A stretch of 64,000 bases of DNA from Anaerolineales bacterium (GTDB lineage: Bacteria; Chloroflexota; Anaerolineae; Anaerolineales; Villigracilaceae). Shown one piece after another: positions 49,857 to 57,993 of the stretch (position 1 is its first letter; each line of letters opens with the position of its first letter). Both the position numbers and the translations under genes were made by a program. The stretch lies in assembly GCA_013360875.1 (NCBI GenBank), contig JABWAU010000001.1, positions 40,835 through 104,834 of the forward strand, in the 5' to 3' direction. The notes beneath the pieces were generated by a model. That model was not told the origin of the DNA. It was given only the letters and a program-made list of their open reading frames with translations, and made no database searches.

Positions 49857-50461
49857 GCGAAACAAAATTTCCGAACCGCGTATTGCGCCGTTTTGTGGAA
49901 ACGCTTTCGGCTGAACTGGGGGGCGAACAGTTCAACGCCATGCTTGCCCTTTCCAAACTTCCCGCGGAATGGGCAAAACCGGAGACCTTCCTCAAAACGG
50001 ATCCCGTCGAGTCGGCGAGAGTGTATGCCTCCCTGCAAGCCGCCATGCGAATCTATTTCGGACGCGGCGCGCGCGGCGTTCTCATCCGCGTGGGACAGCA
50101 TCTATGGAATCATCTTTTGGAGGACGCCGCGCTCGGAGGCAGGGCGCAAGCCGCGCTCGTCAAACGGCTGCCCCTGTCGGCGCGTCGCAAAGCGACCCTC
50201 GACCTGCTCGCCAAATTCATCGGGACGAACCCAGCCGACATCACGGTTCACACCCTCGACCTCGACCTGCTCCTCGCGGACCATGCCTCTCCCAACGCTG
50301 ACGGTCAGTCCGCCTCCGCGCCCATCTGCTACGTGACCCAGGGACTCATCCGCGAAAGCCTCCTCTGGGCAACGGGAATCCATTACGACGTGGAGGAGAC
50401 CTCCTGCAAGGCAAGAGGCGAGGAAGCCTGTGAATTCACGATCACCGCTGGAAAGATGTAA
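49853..50461 (+). CDS. V4R domain protein, second paralogue
   Basis: GTG 49853 overlaps the previous stop (GTGA), with AAAGGAG upstream. CYVTQGLIRESLLWATGIHYDVEETSCKARGEEACEFTI. Confidence 0.6.
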   Translation: MSETKFPNRVLRRFVETLSAELGGEQFNAMLALSKLPAEWAKPETFLKTDPVESARVYASLQAAMRIYFGRGARGVLIRVGQHLWNHLLEDAALGGRAQAALVKRLPLSARRKATLDLLAKFIGTNPADITVHTLDLDLLLADHASPNADGQSASAPICYVTQGLIRESLLWATGIHYDVEETSCKARGEEACEFTITAGKM

Positions 50462-50598
50462 GCGACATTCTTCAACTCGCCTCTTCGGCAAGGCGTAAGC
50501 GACGTTCTCTAACGTCGCCTCTTCGCAAGGCGTAAGCGATGTTCTCTAACGTCGCCTCTTCGCAAGGCGTAAGCGATGTTCTCTAACGTCGCCTCTGC
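50458..50598. repeat. Tandem repeat, 37-bp unit x about 3.8 (GTAAGCGAYGTTCTCTAACGTCGCCTCTTCGCAAGGC)
   Basis: Units at 50458-50494 (diverged), 50495-50531, 50532-50568 and 50569-50598 (partial). Each unit contains the hairpin GCGACGTT-CTCT-AACGTCGC. The array starts inside the stop codon of the V4R gene. Confidence 0.85.
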
Positions 50599-50611
50599 AT
50601 GGAAAATCCTT

Positions 50612-51451
50612 ATGAACACCAAACCAACCACCGACATGAACGACGACGTCACCTTCTACATGCAGGGCTGGGAACCACAGGGGAAACCCAAAGCCATCGT
50701 CTGCCTCGTTCACGGATTGGGCGAACATACCGGGCGATACGCGCACGTGGGAAAGGCGCTCAACGACGCAGGCTACGCCCTCTTCGGATTCGATCTGCGC
50801 GGTCACGGAAAGACCGGCGGTCCGCGCGGACATTTCCCCTCGCTCGATGCCGTGGTGCAGGATATCCGCCAGTTTGTTGAATTCCAAAAACGGAACCATC
50901 CCGGACTTCCGATCTTCCTCTACGGTCACAGCCTCGGCGGATTGCTTGGGCTTGCGTACGCGATCCAATATCCCGATGGATTGCAGGGCGTGATCGTCAC
51001 CGGCGCGGGACTGCGTTCCGCTTTGCAGGAACAAAAAGGGAAGATCGCGCTGGTCAAACTGCTTGGCTCGCTGTTGCCGTCCCTGGTCGTCAAAAGCGAA
51101 CTGGAGGTCGCCGGGCTTTCACGAGATGAGGCTGTGGTGCAGGCTTATGTCAACGATCCGCTTGTGCATGACAAAACCAGCCTGGGTCTTGGCAAGGCAG
51201 GTCTGGCCGCCATTGACCTGTGCTTCGCGCGCGCGCGGGAATTCAAACCTCCACTCCTCATCATGCACGGCAAAGCGGACAGGATCACCTACCCCAGCGG
51301 AAGCGAAGACTTCGCCAGGCTGGCAGGCGAAACGAACAAGGATGTCACTTTGAAGTTATGGGAGGGGATGTATCACGAGATCCACAACGAACCCGAACAA
51401 GCGGAAGTATTCAAGACGATGATCGAATGGATGGAGGGACAATTAAAGTGA
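50612..51451 (+). CDS. Alpha/beta hydrolase (monoacylglycerol lipase / lysophospholipase-like)
   Basis: VHGLGEHTGRY, GHSLGG nucleophile elbow, MHGKADRIT, and His in YHEIHNE. Confidence 0.8.
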   Translation: MNTKPTTDMNDDVTFYMQGWEPQGKPKAIVCLVHGLGEHTGRYAHVGKALNDAGYALFGFDLRGHGKTGGPRGHFPSLDAVVQDIRQFVEFQKRNHPGLPIFLYGHSLGGLLGLAYAIQYPDGLQGVIVTGAGLRSALQEQKGKIALVKLLGSLLPSLVVKSELEVAGLSRDEAVVQAYVNDPLVHDKTSLGLGKAGLAAIDLCFARAREFKPPLLIMHGKADRITYPSGSEDFARLAGETNKDVTLKLWEGMYHEIHNEPEQAEVFKTMIEWMEGQLK

Positions 51452-51528
51452 TGCTTATTGGAATTTGAGCGTGTTTTTTTCCAATCAATAAACTTTATCC
51501 GAATTAACTTGTTTATTCACAACGTTCC

Positions 51529-51558
51529 CGAAGAAACACGAACTTCTTTCGCATTTTT
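51529..51558 (+). terminator. Possible terminator between convergent hydrolase genes
   Basis: CGAAGAA-ACACGAAC-TTCTTTCG (one bulge), then CATTTTT. AT-rich spacer. Confidence 0.35.
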
Positions 51559-51611
51559 GTGAAAATTCATGTGCCTCGTGGATGATTTTCTTATTTTGGA
51601 TAAAGTTTAAC

Positions 51612-53978
51612 TTACAACTCCACCACCGTCGGCTCCATCCCCGTCACTATCACAGACTTCCCACTTGCAAATATAACCTCCGCCTTGTCCGTCCCGCGTA
51701 TCACCTTCAAGCCTTTATATTGAATCGTCACGTCCCACGGGAAGGGATTACTGCCCTCCAGTTTCACGCGAGTCGAGGATAAAATCTCGATCCCCAACAC
51801 CTTTAGGAACAAACCGACGGACGCCAGTCCGCTCAGGGCGTTGCGTTCGCCGATGCCTTTTCCGCTTTCGGCATGGTATCGCGCGTAGAAGGCGCGGTTC
51901 TGTTTCAGGTTTTGGATGACGGCGGACATGTTATGCGCGAACAAACGTGCCGCATCGGAGCGAAATCCGTATCTCAGTAAGCCCTCGCAGATCAACAAAT
52001 TCCAGGGCAGGTGAACGGCTTGAGAGACGGACTCAGCCTCCGGCTGGGTCAGAGACGGGCAGGCGGGAATTCCGAAAGGACGGTGGAATCGTTTGGAGTC
52101 CAACAGCGCGCGTCCGATCATCGTCTGCGCGTGCGCTTCGTCCGGCACGCCCGCCCACAGCGGCGTGAAGAGCGTGTGATCTTCAGTCGTGAAATCGAGC
52201 GTGCTGATGATTACCGTGTCCTTGTCGCCCAACCCCTTCACCACGATCTTCGAAAGTTTCGGGTACACCTTCTGCGTGGTATAGACCGACCCGCCGTTCC
52301 TCCATTGATAATTGCCGCCGGAGATAACCTCGTCTGCGGCTTTGGTGGAGAATTGGTGGATGCGGATTTCGGGGCGCTTCGACGCGGGACTTTGGGTCTG
52401 CACCTCCACCAGCAAGCGGATCGGCGCCTCGAACTTCAACTTCGGACTGATCGTCCCTGAGCCTTGTTGTTTCACCAGCACTTTTCCCGCCAGGCTCGAC
52501 CCGGTTTCGCGGTCGCGATAATGATACAAACCCGTCCGTGCCTGCCACGTGGATTCGATGGATTTGCGCAATTTTGCGGCTTGCTCGTGGAGCAGCGCCA
52601 GCGCGTCGTGTCGTTCGAGTCTTTCCGCCATTTTGATCAGGCACGCGGCTTCACGATATAACATCGCTTCGAGCGCCGGGCTGTGGACTTGCGTAATGTC
52701 CGCGCCCAGTGACCATTCGTGCCACGCGTCGAACAGGGGGTTATCCTCGAAGCCGGTTTGCAGGATGTGTTTCCATTGAGGAAGCCCGTCTCGGTCTTCG
52801 TCGTATTCGGGGGAAAACCATGCCCAGAAGAATTCATGCAAACGCGGAAAAACCTCCTTGAGGAAGTTCTCATCCTGGTTCGATTCGTAAATCTTCCAGG
52901 CAAGGCTCGAAAGCAGGGGCGCGGCGAGGCGTCTCCCGCGTTGACCGGCGAGACCGGGCTTGTCGTCAATCGTCCCGTCCTCTTTTTGGATGGCGAGAAA
53001 GTTCTTCACCAGGTCTTTTGCGGTGGACGAGGCGGGCAATACACTGGCAAGATGATACGCTTCGAGCGGAGTTTGTCCGTTCCATGAGGAGGGATAGTCC
53101 GTTCCGTCGCCTTTGGGAGAGTAGCCGTTGTCAGGTCCGCGCGCGGAGACGAAGGACGGGTTGGGTAAATGTTCGTTCGGCGGAAAGAGCAACCTGAACC
53201 CTGCGCATTGACTCAAGGCGAACGCCGCGTCCCAATCCCGGTCACCGGTGCGAACGTCAATGGTCTGGCTGGCGTTGAGGAGTTCGAGCCGCGCCCGTTC
53301 CGCCTCCCACGGACGTGCGGCAACCTGGCGCGCGAGATCGAACGAGGTTTGTAAATCCTCCGTCGCGGCTTGCGCCCAGGTGAGTTGACGCGTGGCGCCG
53401 GGACCCAGTTCGAGGTCCAGGTGGAGCGAGGGGTGAGGACCGGCGCCGGGGGCGGGTCCGCCGGTCATAAAGAGGACGGGGAAAAGTCCGCCGGTTTGCC
53501 CCGTCAAAACGTTGATCATTTGCATCTGCCGGGAGGTCATGCTCTGTCCATCAATGGGGACCAGGAGGGCGCACATTTCCAGGCGCGCCCTGCGCGTGGC
53601 GGTGGATTTGTTCGCCAGCGTCATCCGTCCGCAGACGGTATTGGAAGTTGGAACCCAGTATTCCGCGGAAACGTCTATTTTGGGTAACGCCGAAAAATCA
53701 AGAACGAGGAAGTTCGGGTAAAAACGCCGGATGGTCGGAGGCAGTGAAAAATCCGAGGGATTGCTGATGGATTTGCCGTTCTCGCTGAAACGCGGAAAGA
53801 GGCGCATCGTTTTGGCGCGCAAGCCGAAGGTGGTGCGAAGCGAGAGGGCGGGCGGTTCGCCGCCGCCGAGGGCAAGTTCCCAGATGTGGTCGTTGAGGTA
53901 ATCGGGAATGGAAAGTCGTGAATCCGCCGCGAGGGTGAGGTTGAGCGGGTCGCCGGGAGTGAGTGACCAGTCGCGCAT
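51612..53978 (-). CDS. Large glycoside hydrolase-like protein, (alpha/alpha)6-barrel, GH63/MGH1-like
   Basis: 788-aa ORF. Central region DGTIDDKPGLAGQRG...DEDRDGLPQW...GFEDNPLFDAW resembles GH63/trehalase-type barrels. Call by eye. Confidence 0.6.
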   Translation of the reverse strand: MRDWSLTPGDPLNLTLAADSRLSIPDYLNDHIWELALGGGEPPALSLRTTFGLRAKTMRLFPRFSENGKSISNPSDFSLPPTIRRFYPNFLVLDFSALPKIDVSAEYWVPTSNTVCGRMTLANKSTATRRARLEMCALLVPIDGQSMTSRQMQMINVLTGQTGGLFPVLFMTGGPAPGAGPHPSLHLDLELGPGATRQLTWAQAATEDLQTSFDLARQVAARPWEAERARLELLNASQTIDVRTGDRDWDAAFALSQCAGFRLLFPPNEHLPNPSFVSARGPDNGYSPKGDGTDYPSSWNGQTPLEAYHLASVLPASSTAKDLVKNFLAIQKEDGTIDDKPGLAGQRGRRLAAPLLSSLAWKIYESNQDENFLKEVFPRLHEFFWAWFSPEYDEDRDGLPQWKHILQTGFEDNPLFDAWHEWSLGADITQVHSPALEAMLYREAACLIKMAERLERHDALALLHEQAAKLRKSIESTWQARTGLYHYRDRETGSSLAGKVLVKQQGSGTISPKLKFEAPIRLLVEVQTQSPASKRPEIRIHQFSTKAADEVISGGNYQWRNGGSVYTTQKVYPKLSKIVVKGLGDKDTVIISTLDFTTEDHTLFTPLWAGVPDEAHAQTMIGRALLDSKRFHRPFGIPACPSLTQPEAESVSQAVHLPWNLLICEGLLRYGFRSDAARLFAHNMSAVIQNLKQNRAFYARYHAESGKGIGERNALSGLASVGLFLKVLGIEILSSTRVKLEGSNPFPWDVTIQYKGLKVIRGTDKAEVIFASGKSVIVTGMEPTVVEL

Positions 53979-54018
53979 GGGTTGTATTGTACGGGCAGAT
54001 GGTCAGGAGGTCAAAGGG

Positions 54019-54024
54019 TATAAT
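54019..54024 (+). promoter_or_regulatory. TATAAT -10 box upstream of the octamer-array leader of the MaoC gene
   Basis: GGGTATAAT in the divergent spacer. It would place the whole array 54028-54115 in the 5' UTR. Confidence 0.35.
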
Positions 54025-54027
54025 TTG

Positions 54028-54115
54028 TTAGTCTGCTGGTCAGCTGGTCGCTTAGTCTGCTAGTCAAAGACCAGAAGATCAGTAGACCAGTAGACCAGAA
54101 GACTAGGAGACTAAT
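54028..54115. repeat. Octanucleotide array palindrome: 5 x (YTRGTCNN) then 6 x (AGAYYANN)
   Basis: TTAGTCTG CTGGTCAG CTGGTCGC TTAGTCTG CTAGTCAA | AGACCAGA AGATCAGT AGACCAGT AGACCAGA AGACTAGG AGACTAAT, then AAG ATG. Confidence 0.8.
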
Positions 54116-54118
54116 AAG

Positions 54119-54568
54119 ATGGGCCTTTACTTCGAGGAATTTACCATCGGGCAGAAGATCGTCACCGAAAAGCGGACGATCACCGAAGCGGACATCATGG
54201 AATTCGCGCGTTTGTCGGGCGACGATAACCGCATCCACACCGATCCGGAGTTCAGCAAGACGACCCCGTTCGGCAGGCAGATCGCGCACGGGTTGCTGGG
54301 CTTGTCCATCGCCTCGGGTCTCGCGTGGCAGACCGGGTTGATGGATGGAACCGTCATCGCGTTCCGCGAGGTAAAGGAATGGAAGTTCGTCAAACCCGTG
54401 TTCATCGGCGATACGATCCGCGTCGAACTTGAAACGATGGAGACCAAAGCCCTGCCGCGCATCGGCGGCGGTTCCGTAACGATTGCCCTCGAGGTGAAGA
54501 ACCAGAACGATGAAGTATGTCATCGCGGCGCGTGGGTTGTGCTGATCGCAAGCAAGCCGTCCGCATAG
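54119..54568 (+). CDS. MaoC-like (R)-specific enoyl-CoA hydratase / hot-dog fold dehydratase
   Basis: FARLSGDDNRIHTDPEF hydratase motif. Confidence 0.8.
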   Translation: MGLYFEEFTIGQKIVTEKRTITEADIMEFARLSGDDNRIHTDPEFSKTTPFGRQIAHGLLGLSIASGLAWQTGLMDGTVIAFREVKEWKFVKPVFIGDTIRVELETMETKALPRIGGGSVTIALEVKNQNDEVCHRGAWVVLIASKPSA

Positions 54569-54614
54569 GGGACGCAAGCCGATAATTTCGTGTTACGTGT
54601 TGCGTAAAAGAATT

Positions 54615-57600
54615 ATGACCAACGAAAACGAAGAAGATCGAATCAAGCGCATCAAAAAATTACTGGAGTCCGAAGCCGAGACGCGCCCGGAGAGGCCCAT
54701 AGAGCCTTCGCAGGACGATATTCCGTATCAAGGCGCGACGCGCGCCAATCCATCGCGCCACACGCCAACCCCCTCTCCTCCGCCCATCGCGCTCGACAAG
54801 GACAACATGCCCCTGCCGCGCCGCGTGGATGAAGTGGACCTGGGCAGTACGCGCGTCTCGCCCGCCGCATACGAACCGACCAGCCGTCACCGCAACGGCG
54901 CGCCGCAAACGAGGCACACATCGGCGCCGCGGCCGAGCCAGCCGCCTCCGAACCGCCCGGCCATTTCACTGGCATGGATGAGCGGATGGGGAGGCTGTCT
55001 CGTGCGCGCTTTCGTCCTCTCCCTGTTCGGGCTGGTCATCCTCGCCATCCTCGGCGGCTCCGCGCTCCTGATCTCGTATTACCGCATCGCGCGCACCCTC
55101 CCCGGTGTGGACGACCTGCGAAACCGCACCTCCCAATTCGAGACCACCCGCATCCTGGATCGCAACGGGAATCCTCTCTACGAGATACTCGACCCGAACG
55201 CCGGGCGCCGCACCTACGTGCCCCTCGACAGGATCTCCCCGGTTCTCATCGCGGCGACGATTGCCACCGAAGACCAGGACTTTTACACCCACCCCGGCTT
55301 CGACCCATGGGCGATCATTCGCGCCTTGTGGGTCAACTACCGCACGGAGGGACAGGGCGGCGGCGCGTCCACCATCACGCAACAACTGGCGCGCGCGTTG
55401 TTGCTTTCCCCCGAGGAACGCGCCCAGCGCACCTACCTCCGCAAGGCGCGCGAAATCATCCTCGCGGCAGAGATCACGCGCCGCTACTCGAAGGACGAGA
55501 TCCTCGAACTCTATCTGAACGAGATCTATTACGGCAACCTCGCCTACGGCATCGAAGCCGCCGCAGAGACGTACTTCGGCAAGACCGCGAATCAACTGAC
55601 GCTTGGAGAAGCCTCCTTCCTCGCCGGTCTCCCTCAATCGCCCGCCGTTTACGATATTTACACCAACCGCGAAGCCGCCCTGGCGCGCCAACAACAGGTG
55701 CTGGTATTGATGTTCGTTCTGAGTCAGCAGGATGGGTGCATCGCCGTCAGCAACAGCGAGGTTCCAATTTGCGTGGACCAGGTTACGGCGGTGAACGCGG
55801 CGAACGAGATCAAGAACCGCGCGTTCACCCCCCCGAACATCAACGCGCGTTATCCGCATTGGGTCAACTTTGTCCGCTCGCAACTGGAGGCGCAATACGA
55901 CGCGCAGACCATCTACCGCTCCGGTTTCATCGTTTACACCACCATTGACCCCGTCCTCCAAAACGAAGCGCAAAGGATTGTCACCGAGCAGGTGGCTCTG
56001 CTCGCCGATAAGAACGCGAAGAACGGCGCGCTAATCGCCGTCAAGCCCTCCACCGGCGAGATCCTCGCCATGGTCGGTTCGCCCGATTTCAACAACGCCG
56101 CCATCTCCGGCCAGGTCAATATGGCAACCAGTCCCACGCGCCAGCCCGGTTCCTCCATCAAACCCATCACCTACGTCGCCGCGTTCGAAAAGGGATGGAC
56201 GCCCGCCACCCTGATTTGGGATGTGCCGAGCGAATTCCCTCCTTCGGGCGACCCCAACGATCCGCGCGAGCCGTATAAGCCCGTCAACTATGATGGCAGA
56301 TTTCACGGGCCCGTCACCGTCCGCACCGCGCTGGCAAACTCGTTCAACGTCCCAGCCGTCAAAACGCTGCAATTCGTCGGCGTGTACGACGACCCGAACA
56401 CACCCGAAAAGGAAGGCATGATCGCAATGGCTGAGCGGCTGGGCATCACCAGTTTGACGCGCCCGGACTACGGTCTCGCGCTGACGCTGGGCGGTGGCGA
56501 GGTCAGCCTGATGGAGATGACCTCCGCCTTCTCCGTGTTCGCGAACGGGGGAAAGAAAGTCCCGCCTGTCTCCATTTTGAAGATCGTTGATTTCGCAGGC
56601 AACGTCATCTACGAATACCAGCCGCCCGAGGGGGAGCAGGTCATCCGTCCTGAGCACGCCTTTCTCATTTCCTCCATCCTCTCCGATAACGAAGCGCGTT
56701 CGTGGATGTTCGGGCGCAATTCCGTCCTCAATCTCCCGTTCCCGGCCGCGGCAAAGACCGGCACCGCCGGCGACCCGCGCGGCGCGGACGCTGTCAACGT
56801 GTACGACAACTGGACAATTGGCTACACCCCCGATCTTGCCGTCGGCTCGTGGGTGGGAAACGCGGACTACACGCCGATGATCGGCACATCCGGCACGACC
56901 GGCGCGGCGCCCATCTGGTCCCAGTTCATGCAATATGCTGTGCCATACGTGAGCAATAACAACCCGAAACCCTTTACCATTCCGCAGGGGATCACCGAAG
57001 CGATCATCTGCAACCTGTCCGGCACGGAACCCTCGCAATGGTGCCGCGGCGGGCAACGCAGTGAATTCTTTGCATCCGACCAGCCGCCCCTGCCGCGCAG
57101 TCAGGACCTGGTCACCCGTACCACCATTGACACATGGACCGGGCTGATTGCCGGAGATGCCTGCCCGGATTTTGCGGAAGAAATAATGGTGATGAACGTC
57201 GCCGATGAATGGGCGCGCAAATGGCTCAAGACCGGCGACGGACGCGCCTGGCTCGAATCACACGATATGCCCCGCAACCCCTTCTTCAAACCCGAACGCG
57301 AATGCAGCGCGAACGACCCGCGTCCAATTCTCGAATTCGCCAATCTCAAGGAGAACGACACCATTACCGAATCGCCGCTCGACATCCGCGCCGTCATCAA
57401 TGTCACCAAAGGCGAATTCACAGGCTGGCGGCTCGAATTTGGCAGAGGCGACGATCCCTCCGAATGGACGATCCTTGCGGAAGGACGCGATAAATTCGAA
57501 CAACCCGAAAACATCTATAAATGGGATTTGGACGATATCAACGGAGACAGAGTCACCCTGCGGCTTTATCTCATGAACGGAGAGGACTACTACGCCGAAA

Positions 57601-57794
57601 AACGCGTCTTCCTGACCTTCAACCTGCCCACCCCAACCCCCGAGCCGACTCTCACCCCAACTCCCGTCCCACCCACCGCCCCGCCCACGGATACCCCCGT
57701 GCCGCCCACACCCACACCGTCCATGCCGCCCACGCTGACAGAAACGCCAACTTTGGCGCCGACGACCACCACACCCATACCCACCACACCCTGA
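54615..57794 (+). CDS. Class A penicillin-binding protein (PBP1A-type glycosyltransferase + transpeptidase) with long N- and C-terminal extensions
   Basis: GT51 motifs EDQDFYTHPGFD, GASTITQQLAR and RKAREIILA. Transpeptidase motifs GSSIKP (SxxK), NSFN (SxN) and KTGTA (KTG). Pro/Thr-rich tail. Confidence 0.9.
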   Translation: MTNENEEDRIKRIKKLLESEAETRPERPIEPSQDDIPYQGATRANPSRHTPTPSPPPIALDKDNMPLPRRVDEVDLGSTRVSPAAYEPTSRHRNGAPQTRHTSAPRPSQPPPNRPAISLAWMSGWGGCLVRAFVLSLFGLVILAILGGSALLISYYRIARTLPGVDDLRNRTSQFETTRILDRNGNPLYEILDPNAGRRTYVPLDRISPVLIAATIATEDQDFYTHPGFDPWAIIRALWVNYRTEGQGGGASTITQQLARALLLSPEERAQRTYLRKAREIILAAEITRRYSKDEILELYLNEIYYGNLAYGIEAAAETYFGKTANQLTLGEASFLAGLPQSPAVYDIYTNREAALARQQQVLVLMFVLSQQDGCIAVSNSEVPICVDQVTAVNAANEIKNRAFTPPNINARYPHWVNFVRSQLEAQYDAQTIYRSGFIVYTTIDPVLQNEAQRIVTEQVALLADKNAKNGALIAVKPSTGEILAMVGSPDFNNAAISGQVNMATSPTRQPGSSIKPITYVAAFEKGWTPATLIWDVPSEFPPSGDPNDPREPYKPVNYDGRFHGPVTVRTALANSFNVPAVKTLQFVGVYDDPNTPEKEGMIAMAERLGITSLTRPDYGLALTLGGGEVSLMEMTSAFSVFANGGKKVPPVSILKIVDFAGNVIYEYQPPEGEQVIRPEHAFLISSILSDNEARSWMFGRNSVLNLPFPAAAKTGTAGDPRGADAVNVYDNWTIGYTPDLAVGSWVGNADYTPMIGTSGTTGAAPIWSQFMQYAVPYVSNNNPKPFTIPQGITEAIICNLSGTEPSQWCRGGQRSEFFASDQPPLPRSQDLVTRTTIDTWTGLIAGDACPDFAEEIMVMNVADEWARKWLKTGDGRAWLESHDMPRNPFFKPERECSANDPRPILEFANLKENDTITESPLDIRAVINVTKGEFTGWRLEFGRGDDPSEWTILAEGRDKFEQPENIYKWDLDDINGDRVTLRLYLMNGEDYYAEKRVFLTFNLPTPTPEPTLTPTPVPPTAPPTDTPVPPTPTPSMPPTLTETPTLAPTTTTPIPTTP

Positions 57795-57795
57795 C

Positions 57796-57993
57796 ATGAA
57801 CGGACAAAATCGCCCGACCATCAAACCCGGCATGACGGTCTTGATCGTATTGAAACAGGATCAGCGCACGGGCAAACTCACCAAAGGCATCGTGAGGGAC
57901 ATTCTCACCAAATCCATGAACCATCCGCGCGGTATCAAGGTCCGGCTGGAAAGCGGACTGATCGGGCGCGTCAAGGAAATCGTCGAAGAATGA
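57796..57993 (+). CDS. ywbE: YwbE-family small protein (DUF2196-like)
   Basis: IKPGMTVLIVLKQDQRTGKLTKGIVRDILTKSMNHPRGIKVRLESGLIGRVKEI. Confidence 0.7.
   Translation: MNGQNRPTIKPGMTVLIVLKQDQRTGKLTKGIVRDILTKSMNHPRGIKVRLESGLIGRVKEIVEE

Noticed and set aside
50458-50598. Possible CRISPR array (regular 37-bp repeats)
   Set aside because: The units are directly adjacent with no unique spacers. There are only about 3.8 copies and no cas genes in the window. The unit core matches the dispersed REP-like hairpins, so it is a tandemised REP-type repeat.
57620-57794. Pro/Thr-rich repeat region as a separate repeat element or gene
   Set aside because: It is in frame and continuous with the PBP1A ORF and has 3-bp codon periodicity rather than the 7/8-bp periodicity of the DNA arrays. 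It is an ordinary PT linker/tail.
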